From Eledone cirrhosa (Eukaryota), in NCBI GenBank assembly GCA_964016885.1, contig OZ024740.1, positions 83,142,001 to 83,206,000 on the forward strand: a DNA stretch of 64,000 nt, read 5' to 3'. Below are positions 1 through 11,839 of the stretch, piece after piece. A program made the translations under genes and the position numbers. Under the pieces are notes generated by a model that worked only from the letters and a program-made list of their open reading frames with translations, did no database searches and was not told where the DNA came from. Numbering within the stretch: the stretch's first letter is position 1; every line of letters begins with the position of its first letter.

Positions 1-325
1 ACTAGCCTGAAAGCATTGCCTTCGCTGCCGGTCATGTCCAGCACCACCGACTTACCTTCTGGGTCCAGCCAAGATGGCCCGTATGGCGAGATCCCAGCTT
101 CTCCGAAAAAGCAGGGCAACCCATCACCCGATCCTGACGGCTGGGAGATGCGTATACGTTGTAGCCGCCGAAGGTAGGTGCGAAGGCTCATGCTTCTGAG
201 ATTCTGGTCTTGCTGATGGCCGCCACATCTATGTTTAGTGACCTGAGGTCGTTGAGCAGGTGACACTGCTTACAAGATGACTCCAGGCCACATACATTTA
301 TACTGCTTATTCCAAGTACAGCCAT
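1..325 (-). pseudogene. ORF2 N-terminus, apurinic-like endonuclease (APE) domain
   Basis: The reverse strand from the ATG at 325 reads MAVLGISSINVCGL..HLLNDLRSLNIDVAAISKTRI, matching APE motifs I-II (SxNvRGL; DvxxlqET). Confidence 0.8.
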
Positions 326-361
326 GTTGGATGAGAAACGGGGAAAGTGAGAAAGGATCAC

Positions 362-1900
362 TTACCTTCATCGTGTGGTGAAGGGACAGTAGAACCTTAC
401 TTTTGGCTGGTCATGGGTGTTTCCAAGAGGATGTCGGTGTATATGGTCTTGGTAAACAACCTTCTAAATCTCCAACTGTGTTGGGGAATTTTTGTTTTAA
501 AAGTTTGTAATGTTCTGTTTTAATTTGAATGATGTTTATGCTTGTCGGGAGAGTTCTTGGTGTTGGTGGGGTGTAGTAGTTTTTCTGTGATGTCTGTGTG
601 CTGCTTTATATGTTATAAGATGTTGGTGTTTTGGGTGATGCTGCTGGTGGTGGTGTGGTTATTGTTCGTGGTGATGCTTGTGGTGGTGATGGTGATAGTG
701 GTGGTGTTTCTGCAAGTCTCCTTGCAGCCTTTACCCCTCTTCGTTTGCCTTCGCTTTTCGAGCGTGAAGCTAAGGGTTTCCCTTTTTGTTTTCTTTTTTT
801 TTGCAGACCATTTGTCACTTCCCTCCCGCTTCATACTCCATATCGGATTATGTGGGGTTATGAGTTCCACTGATGTTGGTGTAGGTAGTGGAGCCCGCTC
901 TGGCGATTGTGTCGCCGGTGTAGCTACTGCGACTGTTGGTGTTGCCGCCACTGCTCCCGTTGCTTTAGTTGTCCGTGGCCTTTGTATGGGTGCCATGGAC
1001 TTTTCCCTCCTACTCACCATGAAGTATTCTGCTTCTGTTGCCTGCCCTGCTCTTGGTAGCAGTGGATCAGGCCTCGGAAGTCGGGTGGCCCTCGTCTTGA
1101 CTGTCTTCTGCGGGCAGAAGTCCTTGAGTGACCCTTTTGCCCACAGATATAGCACCTTGGGCGCCTTCCTTCCACGTTTATAGGGAGTTGGAGACCTTCC
1201 CGAGGTCTATGATATCTGGGATGGCCTCGATGCACTCCTGGTCAGTTTGTATTAGCAGTTGCATGCCTATACCTGACCAGTTCTCTCCTCCCATTCTCTG
1301 TATTTGCAGTATGGCGGTCCTGTCCTCGATTCCAGCAAGTACAGATGCGGCCAGCCAAGGTATGGGCACGTCGGACGGAACCTGGGTCACAATTTTCTGC
1401 CCGCAGTAGGAGGGCACCAACACTATCTCCTCAGTCGTTAGGGTTTCCAAAGAGTGAGACCTCGTCTCTTGGAGGGTGGCGAAAAGTACGTCTACTCTGG
1501 CGTACTTTTTGCCTCGGGTGATGTGGGTTTTGCCCGCCCGGACGCACACCCGACCCTTTTTGATTTGAGCCTCCGTGACTCTCTCCACCCGATGTGACAT
1601 TTTACTTACGGTGCGGTAAGTCACCGTGCGGAACTGCTGGTCTTTGAAGAAATCGGGTTGAGGTTTCAGGAAAACACTATTGTTATTTCTTGTCACTATG
1701 TCTCTTGCGACTGCCATTTCCTCCTCCGTAACTAGCTCTGTCTCTATATTTCGGGCCACACCTGCGAAAGAATTGGCCGCTTTTTCAGCGGCACCATTAT
1801 TGCTGACGCTAGTGCTGCTACTGGTATTGTTTTTGGTGCTGTTGCTGTTGCTACTGCTACAAACGGTGTTGTTGGTGTTGTTGCTGTTATCACTGTTGTA
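362..1900 (-). pseudogene. Gag-like ORF1 with CCHC zinc knuckle, frameshifted
   Basis: ORFs 1178..1759, 1014..1235 and 613..1155 align with 31933..33577 (TVTYRTVS, HITRGKKYA.VDVLFAT, LVPSYCGQKIV, QECIEAIPD). Confidence 0.75.
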
Positions 1901-3023
1901 GTTGGTTGTGTTTTTGGTGCCATCGTTGTTGTTTTTTCGGTGTAATTTGTATTGTTGCTGTTGGTGTTGTCATTGTTTATTTTCTTGTTAGTGGTGTTAA
2001 TATCGTTGTTGCATTTGTTGTCATTTTTTTCTGTTGTCTATATTTTGGTTGTCGCTGTTATTGTTGTAGTTGGTGTGGTATTTTTTTCTAAATTAGTGTT
2101 CTCAGTGTTGTTGTCTTTGTTCATGTTGTTTGGGGATATGTTTGTTGTATCTATTTTTGTAAGCCTGCTCTCAACCTTTACGCTGTTGTCGCACGACAGC
2201 AGACATATTAACAATGTTCTTTTAAAATTTTTAAAAGTAAAATTTTCAAATATTTTAGCGAAAAGACCCAAATACTATACATTCCCCTTTACAGGGTAAA
2301 GTCGAAGGGCTTATATTCCTTACACAACAAGAACAATTTAACAACAGATAATTATAACAGGTTAATAAAGCGACTTACTGAGAGCGATCAAAAAGACTTC
2401 CGAACAGAGCAATAATAATAATAATAATAATAATAATTATTATTGTTATTATAATAATAATAAGCGAGCTGGAACTGGAGGAACTCAGCAGAAAGATTAG
2501 ATTGGAAATGGAGACTGGAGTATGCCAGATGAGTATTGACGTACATGTACGTCAATACTCATCTTTTTCCATTTCTCCGAGGGTTCTTAACCCCACTAAC
2601 AGGCTAAATAATTTCTTTAATTTCTTTAGTCGAAATACGGCGATAGCTTACATTTCTAATAATTTCAAACCCCCTCGCGGTTTCGAAAATATTCTTACAC
2701 ACATATATATATATATATATTATATATATATATGTATACAAAATTAAGATAAATTAAATGAATTTAATCTAAATCGAAATTGTGGGTGTCATGTCATAAC
2801 GGCATACGCCATATCGCCTGGAAATAAGCCCAAAGATAAATATGAGCATTTTATAATAACTAGAAATTGATTAACATATAAATATACATGAATAATCACA
2901 GGAGATAACTTTTACACGCGTGTAAACACGCATAGCTAGTTTGGGTAATAATTAAATTTATACCTTTAAGTATGATTAACCTTCCTTGTATATACATATA
3001 TGTATGTACGTATACACACTCAC

Positions 3024-3061
<38 letters not shown>

Positions 3062-3180
3062 GTATGGGTTTACCGAACAGTTATTATAATGTTCGGTTTG
3101 TTTGTAAACAAACAGCCCCAATTAAGCCGTACAGTGTTCGGCAACGATCGTTGCACTTTTTTTCAACACTGACAAAGGAA

Positions 3181-3221
3181 CGATGAACTAGTTTCGAGTT
3201 TCTTAGCTGTCATCAGCACCG
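3181..3221 (-). ncRNA. Minimal type I hammerhead ribozyme motif
   Basis: The minus strand reads CGGTG-CTGATGA-CAGCTAAGAAACTC-GAAACTAGTT-CATCG. Stem I is CGGTG/CATCG, both core boxes are intact, and stem III is palindromic (AACTAGTT). Stem II is weak. Confidence 0.65.
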
Positions 3222-4174
3222 TATACCTTCCTGTCAGTTGATTGAACGTTTGAAAGTATATACTTTCCTTATGCATATTAACGGCTGAGCAGACTAATTT
3301 GCATATCGAGTGAGGTAGTCGGCCGGGCGCACCAAAACAATAAATGGAAAAAAAAATGAAATTTCCTTTCTCACTCTTGGTACGGCTGATACTTAAATGT
3401 AAGTATGTATATGTACATACATATATGTATACAGACGTACAGCAGTATGTATATACATACATACATGCACACATATATATATGTAGTATGGGTTTAGAAA
3501 GCGCTTTAATAGAAGTTGTCTCGGCATTGATGACAACTAGCTTTGTTGCCGTCTATTCGTCACAAGTTTTTTTTCCATAAATTGCATCGTTTCAGGCTGT
3601 ACACGTATGTTGGGCCAGCTTTTCTGAACTGGTACAAATTTGGCAGTTTCGAGAAAACATTCCATGACCCCTGATTAGTTTTATCTTGAATAGTTCCGTA
3701 CTTTTCGCAGTATGTTGCCTTCGTCGCTGTTGCTTCTGTCGTTGTTGATCTTCTACTGCCGTTCTTTGCTGATGTTGCAATTATTTTTGTTATTTTTGAC
3801 GTTGATTCAATTACTGTTGGTCCTTGCAGTTGTGTTTGGTGTTGAAAACGTTGTTGTTGTTGATGATGTTTTTGTTGCTTCTGCTGTCACACTTGTTGCT
3901 CTTTCTAATTATATTGCTGTTGTTGTAGCTGTTGTCGTTTCTGAAATGTTGTTGTTGTTTGTTTCGGTTATCTTTGTCGCTAATGGCGGTGGCCTTGTTG
4001 GTGATGTTTATAGCGGTGGTGATAATATTGTTACTATTACTCTTCAGATTCCAGTCCGAATTTCTGTCACGACGCACGCTTTTCTCGAAGAATATTCTGC
4101 CGTTCTATATTGGAATATCTCCTCTGAGATATCAAAATAATAATACTGAAAATAATAATAATAAGAAGAATTTA

Positions 4175-4705
4175 GACACCTCGGGGAGTCACTGAGAACG
4201 ACATATATTAAGTTCAATTTTGAAAGGTCAGAGAATTCCCCACTTACTAGATCGTGCGGTGAGAAAGGTGAGACATAAACCACATTACTACTGAATGTAA
4301 GATGCTTGCTCAGAAAGAGTACAAGCGAGGGTACGACAACATTACGGTATTAGTACATTGGAATTTCTGTCATAAGTATGACATGAGCAGAAGTGAGAAA
4401 TGGCATTAATACCAACAGGATGGGGTGGCTGAAAGTGAACTGTATAAAATCTTGTGGGACGTGAGCGTCCAGTTCGACCATCTTATCGTGGCTAGAAAGC
4501 CTCACATTTCTGTTGTAGAAAAGAAGAATAACAAGATATGTATTGGAGATATTGCTTCACCGTCAAGCCGAAGGTTGATTGAGAAGGAAAGTTTGAGATT
4601 TGGGAAATACCAGGAGCTGAAGAGAGAAAACAGGAGACCGTGGAGAATCAGACACGTACAAGTGATGATACTTGTGGTTCTCGTACTGGGAACAGTTACT
4701 TAACA
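4175..4705 (+). mobile_element. Decayed 3' fragment of an R4/Dong-like element (CCHC and RLE region), a fourth family
   Basis: Translations give ECKMLAQKEYK and YKILWDVSVQFDHLIVARKPHISVV..GDIASP..KYQELK. It is preceded by (AAT)n. Confidence 0.7.
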
Positions 4706-4723
4706 ATTGGATGCATACAAAAC

Positions 4724-4990
<267 letters not shown>

Positions 4991-6129
4991 GTCATGATTA
5001 TCCAATTACGAAACACAGCTTTTGGGTTATGATAATGTCATCATCAGTTTCGTTAGACAAAAAATAGAAAAAGACATTAACTTTGCAATTTTATATTAAT
5101 AGTTATTATTCTTATTTATCCCCTTCTCTACTTAATAAACCCCTTATCCTGGCTAGAAAACGTTTTTATCTAAGTAGACAATTTATCTATAGATTGTTTG
5201 CCGCTTGACGCACAATTATCGAATATGAGGGTAGTTATTTAACTTGAAATGTTAGTCTTAGCATCTTTGATATTCTGTTTATGTACTTTCCACCTTAAAT
5301 TCGATCGTTGTTATGGTAGACTATACAATGTCGATGAATTATTTTCCCTTAAAAACCTAAGTCAAGTAAAGTGTTAGGAAAATAAATGTAGTTCTTTTTT
5401 TTATCATCGTTTATATATTACTCGTTATAACAATACTAAAATTGTTCACCTTTTGTTATATAAGTGTAAATTGTAAATTTTAGAGGCAAGGATCATGTTA
5501 TGTAGACCTTATCATAAACCGAGTGATGTATTACGTACATAGATTGGAAACCCGTCTTAGATCTCCAATTAAGACATTTTAACAGTTATGATGTCTGGTA
5601 TGATGACGATTTAGCTAGGTGTTTTCACAAATATAAAATTACATATTTTCCATGAGATAGTAAATATTTGAAATTAATGTATCTAATATTATCATCATTA
5701 CGAGTAAAAGTAACAGAAAACAAAATACAAATCGAAGAGTTGATAACAGTTTATTCTTTCGAATTATATTATGTAGGATGCCATATGTCAGTGATATACA
5801 GAAGACCACAAAATATTTATCAAACCCAACGAACAAACTGTATACTAAGCGAATAAAATCAAAGATTCTTACAATATATAATACATGCATAAATAATCAT
5901 AATTTTGATATAAAACTCTCTGGTAAGCCGAAAATTTACTTGAAACAAAACTCCGTACGGATTTAAGTATCATCTAATGTTTTTAATATCCTTTCATCCA
6001 AATCACATTGTTATCAATAAAAATATTAAAATTCCTTTTCAACTTTATCTAACATAGCGGATTCTATATTCTTTATGATAGGAAAACTACAGAAAAATTA
6101 ATATGCATGCCGATAAGTCTAACGTCTCG

Positions 6130-6292
6130 AAAAACATAAATATTCCAATTAATGGATTTGCAAATATATATAATGACTTCTTTCTTTATTTAGTTTTTAT
6201 TTAAATAAAGAAATTATTATATATATTTGCAAATCTATTAATTGGAATATTTATGTTTTTTCAATTAATAGATTTGCAAATATATATATAAT
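6130..6292. repeat. AT-rich inverted repeat with arms of about 45-60 bp, plus a partial third arm
   Basis: aaaaacataaatattccaattaatggatttgcaaatatatataat is followed by attatatatatttgcaaatctattaattggaatatttatgttttt. Confidence 0.85.
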
Positions 6293-6599
6293 GGGACACA
6301 AGTTGCGAATATTGACTCTCATGAAAATATGAGTCCTAATTCTATTCTAAACACTTCTGTCTGACAATATAAAGAGACTTCTACATCCATTAATGCCAAA
6401 CTTTATTATTTCGAGTGCAAATTTAATGGCCATTGTGATAGAGAAAATGGTACTTAATCCCAATTTTGATTTCCACTTGATAGGAAAATATAAACTGTGA
6501 ATTTATTAATATTAATATAAAACACAGGCATAATGATAGCTTTGGCATTATTATATAGAAACAATGTAATGTGTTAGCTGTAGCTTAATACGACCTGTC

Positions 6600-7180
6600 T
6601 TCCCATTAGGAACATGTTGTGGTCTGGTTGCATGTTTGGGATGATGGGTTGACTGCGTTTGAAGGGCAGGCATTTTCCTCCTGTCTAATGGACGTATCGA
6701 AAGAGGTTGTGAGGTGGACCAGGTTGAAAAGACTGAAGAGAGGCACTTTTCTCTTCGATCAATCCTTCATCAACTTTTTCAAGTCTCACTTGCAAGGAAA
6801 TGTCAGGTTGGAGAGAAGTGTGTTGCCCCCAGTATATTTGCTAAAATATTGGTGAATCTGGCTAGTATGGCCCGTGTGAAGGGGTCTAATCTGATCATGT
6901 GCCTGTAGGGTGGCTGATTCGAGGAGGAGAAAAGTATGCCTTTGCCGGGTGCCCTCGAAACATCGGGTTATTCAGTAATGGTTGGTTACCTGAGTCACCC
7001 CATGGTAGTTAACCCGACTATTGAGAAATGTTCATTGTTGGTTGTATTTCTTTCCTTAATTGTTATTGATTTTATAAACATTTTTACTCGCTGTTTTTTG
7101 TAAGCCCGTATTCCTGTATTTTTATATTGCCCCCTATATGTAGGCCCTAGTGGCCAATAAAGACATTATTACTATTATTA
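6600..7180 (+). mobile_element. 3' end of a Tx1/L1-like element (ORF2 C-terminus, 3'UTR, AATAAA, (ATT)n tail)
   Basis: It encodes KEVVRWTRLK..FINFFKSHL..VRLER, homologous to 19728..19943, and ends gccAATAAAgac-attattactattatta. The link to the 5' Tx1 pieces is inferred. Confidence 0.65.
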
Positions 7181-7390
7181 TCGGCAATATTGGTAGGGCG
7201 TTGGACACCATGCTTTGCAGCATAGATTTACGACCCTCTTACGTTCTGAGATTAAATCCCGCCGAGGTTAGCATTGCCTTTCATCCTTACAGGATATATA
7301 AAATAAAGTACCAGACACGCACTGAGGGTGGTTTAATCGACTTTCCCCTCCCCTAAACTTGCTGGCCTTGTGCCTATATCAGAAAATATT
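7181..7390 (+). mobile_element. tRNA-derived SINE
   Basis: It matches the other copies, with core gccgaggtta..ttgcctttcatccttac.gg...ataaaataaagtaccag and tail gctggccttgtgcc. Confidence 0.85.
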
Positions 7391-7572
7391 ATAATTTAAA
7401 TATTATATTTTATATTGGGGAATTTTTCCTTGTTTCTGTTTTTATTACATCATCTGTTCTTGTTTTTTACACGTACAAATGCCCATTTATACCGTCTTGT
7501 ATTGTCCTGTGCTGTCCGTAATGTTATATTTTATGTCACACTGTGCGGTTAATAAAGAAAGCGTTATTATTA

Positions 7573-7603
<31 letters not shown>

Positions 7604-7743
7604 TGCATTTATCTTGCTTTATGTTTATACGAGTTATCACCAAGTCACAACCAGTGACCTCAAGAGACAACAAGGTCCGCCATGTTCAAGAAAGAACATA
7701 CATATTCACACATGCATCCTTAGTGTTTAGACTTGTGATGTAC

Positions 7744-10700
7744 TTATATTGACAGGATCTTCCTTAGTATATGGGCAGTTCCCATTAGTACTATCTTTTG
7801 TATTTCTGCTATACGCGGGTTTCCTGGGATTTGCGATAAATAGTCGTTAGACACCTTAGGTATCATTCCCAGAGCGCCTACAACCACTGGTATTGTTTTA
7901 GTTCTCAATTTCCACATTTTTCCAATTTCTATCGCCAGGTCCTTATACTTGCTCAATTTTTCAAATGTTTTTATAGATACATTCTTGTCTATTGGAACAG
8001 ACATATCAATTAGCAGACATACCCTCCTTTGAAAGTCCTTCAATATTATATCAGGTCTATTTGCATCTATTTTTCGGTCTGTTTGGATGCTAAAGTTCCA
8101 CAAGATTGAGATGTGATCTTTTTCAAGTATGGGAGGTGGTTGATGCTCCCACCAATTCTTTTGATGGGGCAGGTCAAAATGCTTACACATTATCCAATGT
8201 ATGTATTGTGCAGCTCTGTCATGCCTGTTTAGGTATTCGGTTGGAGCTATAGGACTGCACATTGAAATTATATGGTCAATGGTCTCTGGTTGTTTTTTGC
8301 ATACACGGCATAATGGGCTGCACCCATTTTTTATTATGTTGGCTTGGTGATTTTTGTTGGCAGACACTGATCTTGTGCTGATATAATCAGTCCTTCAGTC
8401 TCCGATTTCAGGGCAGAGGATGCCAACCACTGATGGGTTAAAGTTTTGTCAACATCAGGATTGTTAGCTCGCTCTGGGTATTTTCCATACAGAGGCTTTT
8501 CTTGCCATTTCTTAGCCAGTTTCTGTAGCAGTTCTTTCTTTGCAGTTACTTTTACCTGCTTTGCTTTTTCTGTGTTTTCCATTTCAGCAGTAAATGGGAC
8601 TTCTGAAATTTGTAGTCCATTACTGTATCTTTGTGCATCTTTTGTAATGGAATATGATCTTTTGGTGCTTTCGTGTTTCAAAACGAGTTTGATCATCCAA
8701 TCATATGATTCCCTTAGATATGTGGATAATCCAATTGATGCAGTTTTCAACGCAATGTCTAACTGGATTAACCCACGTCCTCCTTCTTTCCTAGGGATAT
8801 ATATTCTATCTATGTCTGCCTTAGGGTGATGCATTCTGTGCATGGTTAAGAATTTTCGGATTTTGTATCGAGCCTACGGATCTCTGTGCTTGACCAGTTG
8901 ATGACATTGTAACTGTTGGTTACTACTGGTATGGCAAGCGTGTTTATGGCATCGATCCTATTCCTTGCATTCAATTCCATTCTTAAGATTGCTCTGACTC
9001 TGCGGTAACATTCCTTCCTTATCCTTTCCCTCATTGTCGAGTGCTTGATTCCGTCTCCTTCACAAACACCTAGATATTTGTAAGTGTTGTCTTGATCAAG
9101 CTCTCTTATCACGTTCCCCCGATCAAGATTAATGTCTGAACTCTTCAGCAGCTTTCCTTTGGTGAACGCTGCTTTGGCGCATTTATCCAGTCCAAACTCC
9201 ATTTTAATGTCATCACTGAACTGCTTCACAGTGGATAATAGCTCTTGCAATTGTTCATCATTTTTTGCAAATAGTTTCAGGTCATCCATGTAGAACAGGT
9301 GATTAATGGTTTTGTCATAGACTCTATATCCATGTTTTGTTTCATTGAGCATTTTACTTAATGGTATAAGTGCGATGCAGAATAAAAGCGGTGATAAAGA
9401 GTCACCCTGAAAAATTCCACAATTAATGTTAACTTCTCCAGCTTCCAGTGATTTTGTTTCACTATTCAAAAGGAGTGTCGTTCTCCATGTCCTCATACTG
9501 AATGACAAAAACCTCCTGACAACGGGGGATATTTTGAAAATCTCTAAACATTTTTCAATCCAACTGTGTGGCAAACTATCGAATGCTTTTTTATAATCTA
9601 TCCAAGCAATCGATAGATTTTTGTGTCTATTATGACAATCTTCCAGTATCATTTTGTTAACCAGAAGCTGATCCTTACAGCCATATGAGCCTCGTTTACA
9701 CCCTTTCTGCTCAATGGGAAATAGGTCATTTGTTATCAGGTGGTCATATGTGTATTCAGTTAGGACTGATGTTAAAATTTTATACATTGTGGTAAAGCAA
9801 GTTATCGGTCTGTAATTTTTGGGATTGTTTGTCTCATCATTCTTCGGTAGCAGGAATGTAATGCCCTTAACTAGCCATGATGGTATCTTTTCTGCTCCTT
9901 AACTATTTCATTGTAAAGTTGGGCTAACAGCTCATGAGACTCTGTGAAGGCATTTATCCAAAAGTTTTGTATTTTGTCTTTTCTTGGCGATTTCCATTTG
10001 CTGGTTTTTCTTAGAGCCAAGCGCAGCTGTTCAACTGTTATAGTTTCCCTTGTTTGTTCTTCAAAGTGAGCTGTTTCTTTCATTTGTCTGTCTATCCATG
10101 GGGCATGTATGTTATGAACTTTTTCTTCGGCCCAGATCTTTTCCCAGAATTCTTGCACTTCCTCCTTGGGTGGTATTGATTTAGCAGTTATTGTTGACTT
10201 ACCAATTTTTCTGTAGAAGTATCTTTGGTTGTTTTAGAACATATTATTGTCCTTATAGAATCTAGATCGTTTTTCAAAGCGCCTTATACGAGCAGCTTTG
10301 GCCGACACTTTTTGCTTGATTGTTTCTATCAGCATGTCTATATCACATGTTGATCTTATACTGAACTTTTTTTTCAATTTTCTAAGTTTAGTTTATTTAA
10401 CATGTTCACCTACTTTATAGTTTGTTAAAATTTCTATGTCAGATCGGAGAAGGTTTATTTGGCGATTGATGTTATCTTGCCAAGTAGATTTCTTGTGGGA
10501 ATTCCTTTGTTTTTTCATCTTCACTCCACATAAGTGAGTGGTGACTTTAGCCGATGTATAATAGAGATGATTTAAGTCAGTAATGTTTAGTTTGTTTGTG
10601 ATGATAATGTTTTTGAGAATTATGTTAGTCTTGTGTATTATCTCTTGGTTCTGTTTGGAGTTCTGGATCTTAGGGAGGGTGTCTCGTTGCCCCATGTCAG

Positions 10701-11401
10701 ATTCTTTCATTTTCATCCATTCGATCATAATTTCATCCTTCAAGTTGGCAAGTTCATTCTCATTCATTTCTTTATCATTTACGATCTCATTATTTTCATT
10801 TGGAGTTTCATCCTGAGCATGCACTCCCTCCACTTTTTCGCTCCTTTCTTTAATTTGTTCTGTTGCCAGTGATTCCGCCCCAACCCCGGGATTCGAAGTG
10901 TTACAGTTTACCTCGTTTTCACTGACACATGCTTCCTTTTCCCTTCACTGACTTTGTGCTACTAGCTTGATCTGATCAATTTCTATATCAGTTAGTAACT
11001 TTTTTCTTACAATATTTCTTCGTATATTGGCTAGTTTGTTACTGTCAATATAGCCTCTGTTTTCGGGAAGTTTCTTTTTTTTTTTTTTTCCAGTTGATAT
11101 ATGTTTGTTCTGTATTCGATGTATTTGATGGGTAGTACATGGCAGTGTAGAAAGCCTCAAGGACTTCTTTATTATCTTCCCTTGACCATTTTTCTCTCTT
11201 TTTCTTTGGATTTCTTGGTGGTGAGCATGGAGGGCCAACAGTAGGAGTATTCCGGTTATGGGAGGTCTCCAGCTCCGAAGTGATGGGAAGGTTTGAACCA
11301 TTAGCTGATTGTTCGACCCCAGTCTGGTTCCTCTCTGAGGGACGCGGCCCTTTTTTACCCGGGTGACGGCCGATCCGGTATGAGATTTTATCATTAGACA
11401 T
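7744..11401 (-). pseudogene. RT-CCHC-RLE polyprotein of family A, broken by frameshifts
   Basis: RT motifs [37 protein letters not shown] and YKYLG; zinc finger CRVC..ETIDHIISMC; endonuclease RPDIIL..LIDMSVP..EKLSKYKDL. Confidence 0.92.
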
Positions 11402-11466
11402 TTACTTTATTTTGTCGCGTTTTATCCTTATCCGCCAAGGGGTAATCATTTCGTGTTACCACTTCT

Positions 11467-11555
11467 AGAACGAGTGTCAACCAAGACTAGAGGGGTCGTT
11501 CTCCCCTAGAGACATGGCTATTCCCCGCCGGCCGCCATCCCGGTATTTCTTGGTC
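11467..11555 (-). ncRNA. Candidate HDV-like self-cleaving ribozyme in the family A 5'UTR
   Basis: P1 is GACCAA/TTGGTT with a G-U first pair, P2 is AGAAC/GTTCT, P3 is GAC/GTC closing a 7-nt L3 (CCCTCTA), and a G follows P1' for P1.1. J4/2 is atypical. Confidence 0.5.
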
Positions 11556-11649
11556 ACGGGGTTTTCTTTTTGTTGCTTTTTTTAAATTGTTATTATCATG
11601 AGTGGTTCCTTAATGTGAGCATTGCGTGGCTTAAGAATGAAATTATTAA

Positions 11650-11700
11650 TAATTGTCTCCACTCCAGGCACAAGGCCAGCAATCACCCAGTGCATTACAA
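11650..11700 (-). mobile_element. SINE 3' tail fragment
   Basis: aggcacaaggccagcaatcacccagtgcattac matches the SINE tail at 54670-54705. Confidence 0.7.
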
Positions 11701-11839
11701 TAATATAATATACTTTTTGTTGTAGTTGGCTGTTATTGTTGTTGGCTATGTCGGTGGTGGTGCCGGGGCTTTTTATATTGTTGGTGAGGAAGGGGTGAGC
11801 CAGCAGTCCCATAATTGTTGATGTAGACGTTTGGCCGTG

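Larger units (their letters stand above)
1..2410 (-). mobile_element. Tx1/L1-clade non-LTR retrotransposon, 5' part (5'UTR, ORF1, start of ORF2); runs off the window edge
   Basis: ORF1 fragments carry a zinc knuckle (RPRCYICGQKGH..FC, split by a frameshift) and are clearly homologous to the copy at 31553-34190. An APE N-terminus follows. The 5' end abuts (AAT)n at 2411-2462. Confidence 0.85.
7602..11565 (-). mobile_element. R4/Dong-clade retrotransposon, family A, apparently full length
   Basis: It has a structured 5'UTR, one long frameshifted ORF, a 3'UTR shared with the copies at 18104 and 28900, and a (TAA)n tail. Confidence 0.92.

Noticed and set aside
542-2299. Plus-strand hydrophobic ORFs resembling membrane proteins (also 3712..4140, 17223..17507, and 32908..33621 on minus)
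   Set aside because: They are antisense or low-complexity translations of (CAA)/(CCA)-rich retroelement sequence.
5035-5055. tcatcagtttcg (hammerhead boxes on minus); CTGATGA also at 40097 and 56508
   Set aside because: The boxes are in the wrong arrangement or lack a GAAA partner and stems.
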